A stretch of 64,000 nt of DNA from Minisyncoccota bacterium (GCA_035452965.1 DAOTCE010000015.1:33818-97817), one strand, 5' to 3'; positions 44,264 through 53,900 are shown, counted from the stretch's first letter. The notes: generated from the sequence alone by a model not told the origin. A program made the numbers and translations.

Positions 44264-44640
44264 AAATGGTCGTTGTGATTGAACAGACTTAAGTATTCAG
44301 CATCACGCGCTCTTGCCGGGCTTACTCAGTGCGCGGTGCGCGAGGCGGGTTATCTTTTAGGCAATCCGAAGCCGGGACGCAAGTCAAAGCCCGATGTGTA
44401 TTGTCGCCTATCCCCTCTCTTGGCCGGGTCGTCCGTGCCAAATCGCGACGGCTGGCGGCCCACGTTTAGTGCCCCATTGTCCCCACCCCGACGGAAGAAA
44501 CTTCCGCCATCTCCCAGCGAGCCAGCCAGCCGTACGCGAAACAAGCCCCCGTCTTCTCCGTGCTCCTAATACCCATAGACCCACAACCAGCCTTAGCACG
44601 AACAAGACACCTGGCGACCATTCGCCAATGGTGAGTGGGT

Positions 44641-44683
44641 AAATAACAAATCCGGAGCGGCCTGTCTGTCAGGGCAGGGCCGC
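44641..44683 (-). terminator. Weak intrinsic-terminator candidate downstream of the response-regulator gene
   Basis: The minus strand reads GCGGCCCTG-N10-CAGGCCGC (8 bp with one bulge) followed by TCCGGATTTGTTATTT. The T-run is interrupted, hence the low confidence. Confidence 0.3.
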
Positions 44684-44743
44684 GACTTTTTGTAGGGTTT
44701 AACCCTACAGGCCTGATCGGCGACCGGACGGCTTGAAAACAGA

Positions 44744-45424
44744 TCACCTCCTGTGGACCCATTCTATCGCTCGCTGCAGCAGCTCGTTGCCATCCTTGAG
44801 ATTTAGTTTTTCCTTGATGCGCGCGCGGTAGGTTTCGACGGTCTTCGGCGCGATGTGCAGACAGGCGGCGATCTCATTTGTACTTATCCCATGCCCGATG
44901 TGCTCGAACACCTTGAATTCGCGGTCTGTCAGGACTTCGGCGGGGGTGGCAGGGCCGGGACTGGGATGTTTGCCCAGCCCGAGGATAATACGGGAAGACA
45001 CCTTGTCAGTGAGGTAAATCTCACCAGCCAGGACGCGCCGGATGGCAACGAGTATATTGCGCGTGGCCTCCTGCTTGGTGATATAACCCAAAGCACCGGC
45101 GCGGATAACCCGCTCGGCGTATAACGATTCGTCTTGCATGGAGACGACCAACATCCGCACGTTGGGCCAGCGGCTCTTGATATCCTTGATTAACTCCAAG
45201 CCATCGGAGTTCTTGAGGGTAAGATCAATGATTGCCAGGTCGGGCTTCCGGGCGCTGATCGCGGCGATCGCATCGTTCCGATCTTCGGCTTCGCCGGAAA
45301 CAGCCAGATCAGCCTCGTGATTAATGAGCTCGGTCAGGCGCTCCCGCACGATGGGGTGATCATCCACGAGCAAGATCTGTGTGCGTTTTTTGGCGCGAGG
45401 CATGGGGGGTGGTTTGCTGCGCAT
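44744..45424 (-). CDS. NarL/FixJ-family response regulator (REC + LuxR-type HTH)
   Basis: REC blocks ILLVDDHPIVRERL and PDLAIIDLTLKNSDGLELIKDIK. The HTH block is LTDREFKVFEHIGHGISTNEIAACLHIAPKTVETYRARIKEKL. The ORF opens at 45463 and overlaps the kinase. ATG at 45424 or 45403 is more likely. Confidence 0.9.
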   Translation of the reverse strand: MRSKPPPMPRAKKRTQILLVDDHPIVRERLTELINHEADLAVSGEAEDRNDAIAAISARKPDLAIIDLTLKNSDGLELIKDIKSRWPNVRMLVVSMQDESLYAERVIRAGALGYITKQEATRNILVAIRRVLAGEIYLTDKVSSRIILGLGKHPSPGPATPAEVLTDREFKVFEHIGHGISTNEIAACLHIAPKTVETYRARIKEKLNLKDGNELLQRAIEWVHRR

Positions 45425-45435
45425 AAGGCGATTGT

Positions 45436-48400
45436 CTAGCTGCGGTGGCGGGGCACGCAACAAGAAACTAACGTCCCCCCCCGCCGGCCACGGCTGAGCC
45501 GAAGAGTGCCGCCGATGCTGCGGGCGCGGTAGGCCATCATGTGCAATCCCATGCCCATGGCCTTGGCCCGCGCGGCGGAAGCAAGGCCCGATCCGTTATC
45601 CTCGATGGCCAACTCTATCCTATCGGCACAGGTGCGGAGGCGAATGAATATGCTGCGAGCATGGCTGTGCTTAATGGCGTTGGCGACGGCCTCCTGCGCA
45701 ATCCGGTAGAGGTGCGTGGCCATAACGGTATCACCCACGGCACCGTCGCCTTGGCAGGAAAAACGGCACCGCACTTTGAAGCGGCGACAGGTAGCTTTGG
45801 CCAGCTCTCTCAAAGCCGGCGGCAAGCCCTCGGATTCCAACCTCACCGGGAACAAGCCGCGGGACAGTTGTCGGGACTCAGTAATTGCCTGGTCCAGGTA
45901 ATTGATGATGCGCCGCGCCGTTTTGGCCTGGGGGTGGCGATAGCGGGACAGTTCACGATGCAGCAAGGTCGCGTCAAACGCCACGCCCACCAACTGCTGG
46001 CATAGGCCGTCGTGAATGTCCTGCCCGATGTGCGCCTGTTGGCGGTCGCTGATATCGAGAACCTGCCGTTCCAGCCGGGAACGCTCGTTCTCAGCTTGAA
46101 TGCGCGCGATGGCGCCGGCGGCCTGTGCCGCTATAGCTTCGATGACAATCCGGGTCTGGAGTGGGATATTGTCGTTCACGTTTGAGGATACCGCGAGCGC
46201 GCCGAGAGCCGTCTTCTCGTGGCAAAGTGGAACGAGGGCTATGGCTTGCAGCCCCTCGCGGGTGCGGGCAGTGTCGTGGTCAATGGGCAAGTCACGATAA
46301 AGGGTGAAGATTGGCTTGCCGCGGCGTATCAGCCGCATCTGTGGGCTGTCGGACGCCCAATGCGAAACGGCCTTGACGAAGTCCGGCGATCTGCCGCGAT
46401 GGACTGCTACGTCCATCCCGCCCGTGGCAGAATTGAGCAGGTAAACGGCGCCGGAATCCAGTCCGCCAATTTGTATGGCAAGCTCGATCAGCTTTTCTAG
46501 AGCCACGGTTAGATCGGTGGTCAGGCTGAAGCTGACACCGAGATCGCGTTGCGCCCGGAGTAAAATCTCTGTCCGTTTGCGTTCTGTAATGTCTCGCGCG
46601 ATGCCCACTGTGCCGATGATCTTGTCATGTTGGTTGAAGATTGGAGCCTTGATGCTCTCAAACCACTGAACCTGGCCTTCGGCGCCAATGAACGACATCT
46701 CGGACCTTAGGGTCTTGCGCGTGCGCCTTACTTTTGCGTCTTCACGCGCCGCGCGGTCGGCCTCCTGCGGGGCAAACTCACCGATCGTTTTGCCTGTCAC
46801 CGTTTCGATCCGCTGCCCATAGAATCGGGCGAAGGCCTCATTACATGCCAGATAAAGGCCCTTTGAGTCCTTCAGCCAGGCTGGGTCCGGAATGTTGTCG
46901 AGAATGGCCTCCTGCCGGCTTTCGGCCAACCGCAGCGCCTCCTCGGTCCGCCTGCGCTCAGTGATGTCCTGGACCATAACCAGGAGGTGGGGTTGGCCGC
47001 CGCTCACAAAACGCGTCAGGTGGCAATCCAGCCAGGCGCACTTGCCGTAGTGAGTGAGACCGTGGACCTCGCGTGACTGGGGTTGTGGGTGGTTTAGTGC
47101 GGCCTCGGCCAGGGATAATAGCCCTGTCTTCTTCCAACCTTCCATGCCTCGGAAATTGTCCTGAAGCAATTCGCGGACGGTGCCTCCCACGGCTTTGGCC
47201 AGAGCCTCATTGACAAAAATGCACTCGCCGGAGGCCTTGTAAGCCCCGATCCCCATGGTAGCCGCGGCGAGCATCCTCTCATTCAGGTCCAGAGCATCAA
47301 TCAGTTGCTGTTCTGCGTTCTTCCTGTCGGTAACGTCGCGACAGACCCCCATGACTGAACCGACTATCTGGTCGTCGCCAAACAACGGCACCAAGTGTAT
47401 GGCAATCCATCGTTTCCCAGCCGGATAGCTATCGAGGACTTCCCGGTGAGCGGGCTGACCCGTTGTAAACACGCCTTCCACAGCCTGAGCGTGGCCAAGC
47501 CCCACCTTGGAGGGGTGCAGTTCGCGCAACGGCTGTCCGATCAGATTCGCCGGTTGGCAATTCCACAAACCCGCCGCGGCAGCGTTGGCATACCTCACCC
47601 TATGGTCCCGGTCCAAAATGAAGATGACGTCCGGGGATGATTCGGCCAGGGCCCGGTAGCGCTCTTCGCTGGCCTGCAGCGCCTCCCGGGCAAGCTTGCG
47701 GTCCGTAATGTCCTCCAGCACCCCGTCAATCCAGTCTACTGCCCCGTCGGCACCTCGGTGGACAGTGGCACTTACCGAGGCATGCATATGCGTGCCGTCC
47801 TTTTTCTTGAGCCGAACCTCATAATCCGCAACCGCGCCCTCGCGCATCAGACGCGCCACGAGCTTTAGTCGCTCTCCAGGGTCCTGATAGGTGTCGGCCA
47901 CGTTGAGTTTCTGGAACTCCTCCACCGAGTCATAACCCTGCATTTTGGCCAGCGCCGGATTGACTTGAAGAAACTTGCCCCGGGAACCTGGGGTGTTGCG
48001 GTACACTCCCACGTTGAGGTTGTTGACCAGCGAGCGGTAACGTTCCTCGCTTTCGGCCAGCGCCTTGTTGGCAGCCTGCAGTTCTGCTGTCCGCTCATTT
48101 ACGCGTTGTTCGAGTTGGTCGTGCGCCTGCCGGAGCGCCGCGTTGGCCGTCTGCAATTCGGCGGTGCGTTCCTGGATGCGGCGTTCCAGCGTGTCATTCG
48201 CGTCGCGCAGCAGCGCCGTGGCGCGAAGGCGTTCCAAAGCGCCGCCGCAATAATCGGTCAGCGCCTGGAGTGTCTGCAGGTCATCCGGGGTGTAGGCATT
48301 GTGCGCGTAGCTCTGGATCGAGAGCACACCGACGGTTCGCCCCTCGCGGCGCAGGGGAACGTACATCAGGGAAGCGGACAGGCGCTCCATGTCGCCGAAG

Positions 48401-51129
48401 GCCACGAACTCGTTTCCTTGCATGTCGGCGGCAGTGCGCAGAATCAACTCCGGACCGTTTTGCATGATCCGGCGCATGATGGGCGGTGGCGGGCTGTCGG
48501 GGTAGGGCGGGGGTACCTCGCGTCGCTCGCCGTCCACCAGATCAACGAGCAGCACGGAGTCGAGGCAGTCACGCTCTGGGGAGTACACTTGGAGCACGGC
48601 GGCGTCCCACTTCCAGAGTTGGTCGGCGGCGGCAAGGACAGCCCTGGCTGCCGCCCGAGGGTCTTCCGTCTCGTTGAGCCTGGCCCCCAGCGAGAGCAGC
48701 GCCTCTTTGGCCCGATCGGCGCGCTTGCGTTCGGTGATGTCCCGGACAAAGCCGAATACCCGCGGATCGTCGACAGCCAAGGAGGAAGCGCTGATCTCCA
48801 CCTGTATTTCGCGGCCGTCTTTGCGGCGGAGACGAGTCTCAAAGCTGTCGCCGCGCATACTGACGATTCGTGCCAGGTGCCGCGCCGTTTCCTCCGGGCT
48901 TTCCTTGGCTTCGAGGTCGAAAATGCGCAGCTGGAGCAATTCCTCGCGACTGTAGCCGGTCATGCGAGAATATGCTTCGTTGACGTCGGAGATCACCCCG
49001 AGGCGATCAGGAGAGACCTCGACGGCATGAAAGCCGTCCATTGTCGTGTCCAGTATGGTGCGGTTCAGCTCCTCGCTCTTTTGGCGCGCCTTCTCGGCGC
49101 GGATGCGCTCCAGCGCGCCGCCGCAGTAGTCAGCCAGGGCCTGAAGCGTGAGCAGGTCGTCCGGCGTATAGGCATTGGCCGCGTAGCTCTGGATGGAGAG
49201 CATTCCGACAGGCTGATCGTCACGGTGCAGGGGGACGCACATGACCGAAGCGGAAACACGTGAGAGGTCTCCGAATCGGAATACATCCACAGGTGGCGGG
49301 TCGCCTGCCTGGTGGAGCATCAACTCCCCCCCCTGGCTCATGATGCGGCGCATTCTGGCAGTGGGGGCGCCGGCCGGGAGCGAGGGAACGACTTCGCAAC
49401 GCTTTCCCTCCACGACGTCGCAGAACAGCACGGGCTCCGCCCGGTCCGAATCCGGGGAATAGAGGCTGAGCGTGGCGCTATCCCATTGCCAGAGCTGGTC
49501 GGCCGCGGCATAAACAGCACGGGCCACCTCGACGGAGCTTCGCGCAGCGCTTAGCTTGCCGCCCAACGACAGCAGCGCTTCCTTCATCAACTCCGTGCGC
49601 TTGCGCTCAGTGATATCGAAAGCAATGACCGCCACGCGGCTGACATTTCCGGCCCCGTCGAAAACAGGGCTGGTGAGGTTGAAGTAGTGATGGCCTGCAC
49701 GCTCATCCTCGAATTGGATCGGTCTGCGGGTGTGAAGGTTCTCCTCAAACACCGCTTTCCGCTCGGCATTGACGTTGCCCGGCAGCAGGCGGAACATGTC
49801 CTTGCCCGGGAGCTCATCCTCGGGAACGCCCAAGCGGCTGCCCATGGTGCGGTTGGCGACGATGATCTTGCCTGTTTGGTCCAGCAAACAGGCGGGGGTC
49901 GGCAGAGCAGCCATGAACGCCCACAGGTTGTCTTCACTTTGCCGCAGGGCGGCTTCCGCCCTCTGCCGGTCGGTCACATCCTGCTCGACGGCGATGTAGC
50001 TCACTCGGCCCTGCATTTCCACCCGGCTGATGTGCGCCTCGCAAGTGATGATCTTGCCGTCTTTGCGCCGGTTGTTAAATGTTCTCCGCCATGTTCCGGT
50101 GGTCTGCAAAGCCACCAACACCTTCCGCATGTTCGCAGTTGCCTCAGGCGCGGGGAACGTGCTGAGCATGCTGACTGGTCGTCCAACCATTTCGTTGCGC
50201 TGGTAACCCCAGATTCGTTCAGCCGCCGGGTTCATCTGCTGTATTACGCCCATTTCGTCAGTGACCAGCACTCCCTCAGCCATGTTCTCCAGGATGGTTG
50301 CCTGCGTTTGAAGCGTTTCCCGGGTCTTCTTCCGCTCGGTGATGTCGTCGGCGATTCCGGCGACGCGATAGACCTCCCCTTGCTGGTTGCGCACCGGGAA
50401 GCCGCGGTCCCGGATCCAGCGCACACTTCCATCCGGTCGCAGAATGCGGTACTCGACGTCGTAGGTGCCGCTCGCCTGTTCGGTTTGAGCGCGGCGGAGT
50501 ACTTCAGCGCGGTCTGCGGGGTGCACCGCCGCCAGCCAGGCCCTGGGCTCGCGATAGAGATCTGCGCACTTTCTGCCCCAGATCCGCTCGTAGCCCGGGC
50601 TGATGTAGATCATCCGGTCCTTGGGTATGTCTGTCAGCCAGAAGACCTCCGCAATGTTGTTGATGACCTGTTCGAAACGCTCGATTATCTCCGTAAGCCG
50701 GGCCGATGTGGCCCGATGCTTCTCCGCCTCCGTCTTCCACTGCGCCGTCCGTTCCTCCACCACCCTTTCCAGGTGCCTCGTGAGCTGCGTTACCTCCGCC
50801 ACCAGCCACGCGATCGCCAGGTAAAGCACGAGCCGGCTAAACCCATTCCAAAGCAGCATCGAGGTACCCAGGGTTGGGCGGACCACCACCCATTCCACAG
50901 CCGAGCCCAGCCCGCTAGCCACGACTGCGGCTAGTATCCCTGGCCCCCGGCCGGCTCCCCAAGCCATGAAACTAACCCCCAGCAGATAGAACAAGGCAAA
51001 GGTGGTGCCAACAGGTGTGGCATAATCGGCCAGACAAACACCCAGCATATAGCCCAACCCGATGCCGCCAACAGTGAGGGGTGACAGCCGTTGGACCCGG
51101 GCTGTCAGGCTGCCAATCAGGACCTTCAT
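45436..51129 (-). CDS. Giant membrane-anchored sensor histidine kinase (4 TM, about 8 PAS, 3 GAF-like, HisKA_3 + HATPase_c)
   Basis: 1897 aa with hydrophobic N-terminal helices. Eight PAS-type modules are marked by D(I/V)T(E/D)R(K/Q/R) junctions. The HisKA_3 H-box is HIGQDIHDGLCQQLVGV. The ATPase blocks are AVANAIKHSHA, IEDNGSGL and GMGLHMMAYRARSIGGTL. A NarL-type regulator lies immediately downstream. Confidence 0.9.
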   Translation of the reverse strand: MKVLIGSLTARVQRLSPLTVGGIGLGYMLGVCLADYATPVGTTFALFYLLGVSFMAWGAGRGPGILAAVVASGLGSAVEWVVVRPTLGTSMLLWNGFSRLVLYLAIAWLVAEVTQLTRHLERVVEERTAQWKTEAEKHRATSARLTEIIERFEQVINNIAEVFWLTDIPKDRMIYISPGYERIWGRKCADLYREPRAWLAAVHPADRAEVLRRAQTEQASGTYDVEYRILRPDGSVRWIRDRGFPVRNQQGEVYRVAGIADDITERKKTRETLQTQATILENMAEGVLVTDEMGVIQQMNPAAERIWGYQRNEMVGRPVSMLSTFPAPEATANMRKVLVALQTTGTWRRTFNNRRKDGKIITCEAHISRVEMQGRVSYIAVEQDVTDRQRAEAALRQSEDNLWAFMAALPTPACLLDQTGKIIVANRTMGSRLGVPEDELPGKDMFRLLPGNVNAERKAVFEENLHTRRPIQFEDERAGHHYFNLTSPVFDGAGNVSRVAVIAFDITERKRTELMKEALLSLGGKLSAARSSVEVARAVYAAADQLWQWDSATLSLYSPDSDRAEPVLFCDVVEGKRCEVVPSLPAGAPTARMRRIMSQGGELMLHQAGDPPPVDVFRFGDLSRVSASVMCVPLHRDDQPVGMLSIQSYAANAYTPDDLLTLQALADYCGGALERIRAEKARQKSEELNRTILDTTMDGFHAVEVSPDRLGVISDVNEAYSRMTGYSREELLQLRIFDLEAKESPEETARHLARIVSMRGDSFETRLRRKDGREIQVEISASSLAVDDPRVFGFVRDITERKRADRAKEALLSLGARLNETEDPRAAARAVLAAADQLWKWDAAVLQVYSPERDCLDSVLLVDLVDGERREVPPPYPDSPPPPIMRRIMQNGPELILRTAADMQGNEFVAFGDMERLSASLMYVPLRREGRTVGVLSIQSYAHNAYTPDDLQTLQALTDYCGGALERLRATALLRDANDTLERRIQERTAELQTANAALRQAHDQLEQRVNERTAELQAANKALAESEERYRSLVNNLNVGVYRNTPGSRGKFLQVNPALAKMQGYDSVEEFQKLNVADTYQDPGERLKLVARLMREGAVADYEVRLKKKDGTHMHASVSATVHRGADGAVDWIDGVLEDITDRKLAREALQASEERYRALAESSPDVIFILDRDHRVRYANAAAAGLWNCQPANLIGQPLRELHPSKVGLGHAQAVEGVFTTGQPAHREVLDSYPAGKRWIAIHLVPLFGDDQIVGSVMGVCRDVTDRKNAEQQLIDALDLNERMLAAATMGIGAYKASGECIFVNEALAKAVGGTVRELLQDNFRGMEGWKKTGLLSLAEAALNHPQPQSREVHGLTHYGKCAWLDCHLTRFVSGGQPHLLVMVQDITERRRTEEALRLAESRQEAILDNIPDPAWLKDSKGLYLACNEAFARFYGQRIETVTGKTIGEFAPQEADRAAREDAKVRRTRKTLRSEMSFIGAEGQVQWFESIKAPIFNQHDKIIGTVGIARDITERKRTEILLRAQRDLGVSFSLTTDLTVALEKLIELAIQIGGLDSGAVYLLNSATGGMDVAVHRGRSPDFVKAVSHWASDSPQMRLIRRGKPIFTLYRDLPIDHDTARTREGLQAIALVPLCHEKTALGALAVSSNVNDNIPLQTRIVIEAIAAQAAGAIARIQAENERSRLERQVLDISDRQQAHIGQDIHDGLCQQLVGVAFDATLLHRELSRYRHPQAKTARRIINYLDQAITESRQLSRGLFPVRLESEGLPPALRELAKATCRRFKVRCRFSCQGDGAVGDTVMATHLYRIAQEAVANAIKHSHARSIFIRLRTCADRIELAIEDNGSGLASAARAKAMGMGLHMMAYRARSIGGTLRLSRGRRGGTLVSCCVPRHRS

Positions 51130-51259
51130 AGGCGCTCAGACTACCAACTCCGCAGCCCCCCGTTAAGCCAAAAACGAAGCCAGAAGGACCACTTCCGCCT
51201 CCGAGCGCCGCCCATCCCCGTCGCTTGCCTAAGCCATCGCCCCGCACTATTCTCCGCCG

Positions 51260-51880
51260 GTGATTGCTCTGATTGACTACGGCTCCGGCAACCTGCGCAG
51301 TGTCCACAAGGCTCTGCTCAAGGTGGGCGCAGCCGTCCGCATCGCCCGGCGGCCCGAGGAACTGGCTGACGCGCGCGCCGTGGTCTTGCCCGGCGTCGGC
51401 GCCTTCGACGATTGCATCCAGGCCCTCCAAAAGCAGGCACTGCTGGAGGCCTCGCGGCAGTTCATCCGGTCGGGCCGCCCCTTTCTGGGCATCTGCGTGG
51501 GCTACCAGGCCCTGTTCGAACGGAGCGAGGAGTTCAACAGTTGCGCCGCCGGGATGGGCATCTTTCAGGGCAAGGTGGTCCGCTTTGCGGGGAAGAATGG
51601 CCTCAAGGTCCCTCAGATCGGCTGGAACCAACTGGACGTCGTTAGACCCGATTGCCCCCTCTACCGTGGAATCCGCAGCGGCAGTTACGTCTACTTCGTG
51701 CATAGCTTCTTCCCAAAGCCCGCCGACAGCGGCGTCGTCGCCACCCGCACTACCTACGGCGAGACCTTCGCTTCCTCGGTCTGGCGGGACAACCTGTACG
51801 CCACGCAGTTTCACCCCGAGAAGAGCCAGAAAGTGGGCCTTCGGCTGCTCCAGAACTTCGCCGACCTGGCCGCCAAATAG
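51260..51880 (+). CDS. hisH: Imidazole glycerol phosphate synthase, glutamine amidotransferase subunit
   Basis: 206 aa with a GTG start. Blocks are IALIDYGSGNLRSVHKAL, LPGVGAF, FLGICVGYQALF and ATQFHPEKSQKVGLRLLQNF. No other his genes are adjacent in this window. Confidence 0.92.
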   Translation: MIALIDYGSGNLRSVHKALLKVGAAVRIARRPEELADARAVVLPGVGAFDDCIQALQKQALLEASRQFIRSGRPFLGICVGYQALFERSEEFNSCAAGMGIFQGKVVRFAGKNGLKVPQIGWNQLDVVRPDCPLYRGIRSGSYVYFVHSFFPKPADSGVVATRTTYGETFASSVWRDNLYATQFHPEKSQKVGLRLLQNFADLAAK

Positions 51881-51929
51881 GCCGCCTCCGCGCTTCGCAT
51901 CCCGATTCTCGAATTAGCCGTGACGCCGC

Positions 51930-51956
51930 TTGACTCTGGCACAGACGTGCTATGTT
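51930..51956 (+). promoter_or_regulatory. Sigma70-like promoter candidate upstream of sodA
   Basis: TTGACT (51930-51935), 15-nt spacer, then TGC-TATGTT (extended -10-like, 51948-51956), about 70 nt upstream of the sodA ATG. The short spacer lowers confidence. Confidence 0.3.
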
Positions 51957-52028
51957 GTGATGGTTACGTTACCCAAGAAGTTGAAGGGCTTAGGTTAAAC
52001 ACGCAACAACAACGACATCGCATATACT

Positions 52029-52658
52029 ATGGCATACGAACTACCTGCACTTCCATATCCTAAAGACGCGCTCGAACCCTACATTGATGCGCAAACGATG
52101 GAAATTCACCACGGCAAACATCACGCCGCATATGTGGCCAATGTCAACAAGGCCCTGGCCGGAAAACCGGATCTTGAGCGCCTGTCGGTAGAGGACCTCG
52201 TTCGCAACCTTGAAGCGGTGCCCGCGGACATCCGCGGGGCGGTGCGGAATAATGGCGGCGGCCACGCCAACCATTCCATGTTCTGGAAGCTGCTGGCCCC
52301 AAAAGCTGGTGGCGCCCCCGGCGGCAAGCTCGCCGATGACATCCAGGCCGCCTTCGGCAGCTTCGACGCCTTTAAGGAGAAGTTTGAGGCGGCCGGGATG
52401 GGGCGCTTCGGCAGCGGTTGGGCTTGGCTGGTCGTCAACCACGGCAAATTGGAAGTTGTGTCCACCGCCAATCAGGATAACCCCCTCATGGGCAAGGGCA
52501 TTGCCGGTTCGGAAGGCAGACCGGTCCTCGGCTGCGACGTCTGGGAACACGCTTATTACCTTAAATACCAGAACCGACGGGCAGACTACCTGAAAGCGTT
52601 CTGGAACGTCGTCAACTGGACCGAAGTGGCCAAGTACTACGAAGCGGCGAAAAGGTAA
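52029..52658 (+). CDS. sodA: Fe/Mn-family superoxide dismutase (Mn-type signature)
   Basis: 209 aa with [47 protein letters not shown] (Mn-type pattern) and [18 protein letters not shown]. Confidence 0.95.
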   Translation: MAYELPALPYPKDALEPYIDAQTMEIHHGKHHAAYVANVNKALAGKPDLERLSVEDLVRNLEAVPADIRGAVRNNGGGHANHSMFWKLLAPKAGGAPGGKLADDIQAAFGSFDAFKEKFEAAGMGRFGSGWAWLVVNHGKLEVVSTANQDNPLMGKGIAGSEGRPVLGCDVWEHAYYLKYQNRRADYLKAFWNVVNWTEVAKYYEAAKR

Positions 52659-52807
52659 GGTAGTCTGACACCCGAATCCCTGCCGTCTTCACGCCACCGA
52701 CTTGCCGTTGGCATACTGCGGTGTGAGGGCCCGCTCGCGCGCAAATTCTGATTGGGAATGCGGTCAGGAGCAGTACCGGGTTGGCACGGAAGTCCGGACC
52801 TCACGGC

Positions 52808-53626
52808 CTATTTCTTTGCCAGGGCCTTGGACACAGCCTGCTCCAGCTCTTCGCCTCGCAGGTCTTTGGCGATTATGATTCCCTGGCGGTCAAGCAGGTA
52901 GGTTGCCGGAATGCTCTGCACGCCATACTTGGCAGCCAGCTTATTCTGCCACCCTTTACCGTCGAAATACTGCGGCCAAGTCATCTTCTTGTCTTTGAGG
53001 AAACTGACGAGTTTCTCCCGATCCCGGTCCCGGTCCAGGCTGATGCCGACGATCTCGAAGCCATCCTTGTGGTGCGCCTCGTAGGTCTTGATAACATTCG
53101 GCAACTCCCGAACGCACGGCCCGCACCAAGTGGCCCAGAAGTCTAAGAGCACCACCTTGCCCTTGTAATTCGCGACTGAGAGCGGCTTGCCCTCCAGGTC
53201 CTTTTCGTTGAAGTCGGGGAACTTTGCCCCCTCGATGAGCGCCGCCCGCGCCTTGCCGGCCTCCGCCTCTTGCTTCGCCTGCTTGGCGGGTCCCGTATCG
53301 GGAAAGTCCTTTTGCAGCTGCTCCATCAACGCATTGGCCTTGGCGGGGTTCTTAAGAACCTGCTCATACAGCATGGCTTTCATGAACAGGATCTGCGCCA
53401 CATCGTCGGTCTTCTCGCCTTTGTGCTTCGTCAGCAGCGCGTCGAACTCCTGAAGTTCCGGGGCCAGGGCGGCCTCGGTTTCCTTGCCGTCCCGTAGTTT
53501 GGTTTGGATTTTCGTCACCAGCGCCTTGAGTTCGTCGGCAGCGTCGCTACTTTCTGCGGCCATACTGCTCGGAGCAGGCAGCAGCAAGGACGCAATGGCC
53601 AGGAGGACCGAGAGCTTTATTCTCAT
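52808..53626 (-). CDS. Secreted TlpA-like thiol:disulfide oxidoreductase (thioredoxin fold) with an N-terminal helical domain
   Basis: 272 aa with the signal peptide MRIKLSVLLAIASLLLPAPSSMA. The redox motif is FWATWCGPCVRELP, and the C-terminal block is YGVQSIPATYLLDRQGIIIAKDLRGEEL. Confidence 0.88.
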   Translation of the reverse strand: MRIKLSVLLAIASLLLPAPSSMAAESSDAADELKALVTKIQTKLRDGKETEAALAPELQEFDALLTKHKGEKTDDVAQILFMKAMLYEQVLKNPAKANALMEQLQKDFPDTGPAKQAKQEAEAGKARAALIEGAKFPDFNEKDLEGKPLSVANYKGKVVLLDFWATWCGPCVRELPNVIKTYEAHHKDGFEIVGISLDRDRDREKLVSFLKDKKMTWPQYFDGKGWQNKLAAKYGVQSIPATYLLDRQGIIIAKDLRGEELEQAVSKALAKK

Positions 53627-53771
53627 GCGGAGGACTGTCGTTCATTACCCGCCCTACGGCAAGCGCCATTTCGGCCGCTGTTGACGGGGAAAAGCACGTG
53701 AAACTGCATATACGCGCACTGCTACCACAGTACATTAACAGAATCCCCCATTCATGAACCGAACCTCCCTC

Positions 53772-53900
53772 CCGGTGCGACAACGCTGTGAAGCCCGTTA
53801 GAACCCGGTGTGGTTCCCATGGGGGCCGACCCCCATGGGAACCACACCGTAGTCCCGCCGGATTGGCACCGTTGCATCGCCGTAGCTGGATTCTGCGGCA
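53772..53900 (+). repeat. Copy D of the interspersed hairpin element (core only; variant stem with compensatory changes)
   Basis: CCGGTGCGACAACGCTGTGA is followed by the hairpin GGTGTGGTTCCCATGGGGG-CCGA-CCCCCATGGGAACCACACC (53807-53848), then CCGTAGTCCCGCCGGATTGGCACCGTTGCATCGCC. It lies 60 nt upstream of the exosortase ATG. The 5' GTGTCCATTTTT block is absent. Confidence 0.65.

Noticed and set aside
40722-44278. Two long plus-strand ORFs (40722-42038, 438 aa; 42941-44278, 445 aa) opposite the ETF-QO and ACAD genes
   Set aside because: These are antisense shadow ORFs with low-complexity Arg/Ala/Gly-rich translations. The minus-strand frames carry the flavoprotein motifs.
44279-44642. Short low-complexity ORFs in the 480-bp spacer between the response regulator and ACAD genes
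   Set aside because: They are overlapping Pro/Ser/Arg-rich frames on both strands. The region is better explained as terminator plus promoter/operator DNA.
47965-50934. Plus-strand ORFs of 432 aa and 415 aa opposite the sensor kinase
   Set aside because: These are antisense shadows of the 1897-aa kinase with no domain signatures.
53864-53875. TGGCAC..TTGC inside repeat copy D, resembling a sigma-54 -24/-12 promoter
   Set aside because: Only 2 nt separate TGGCAC and TTGC, against 5 in the consensus TGGCAC-N5-TTGC. The motif is also not conserved in copies A and C.
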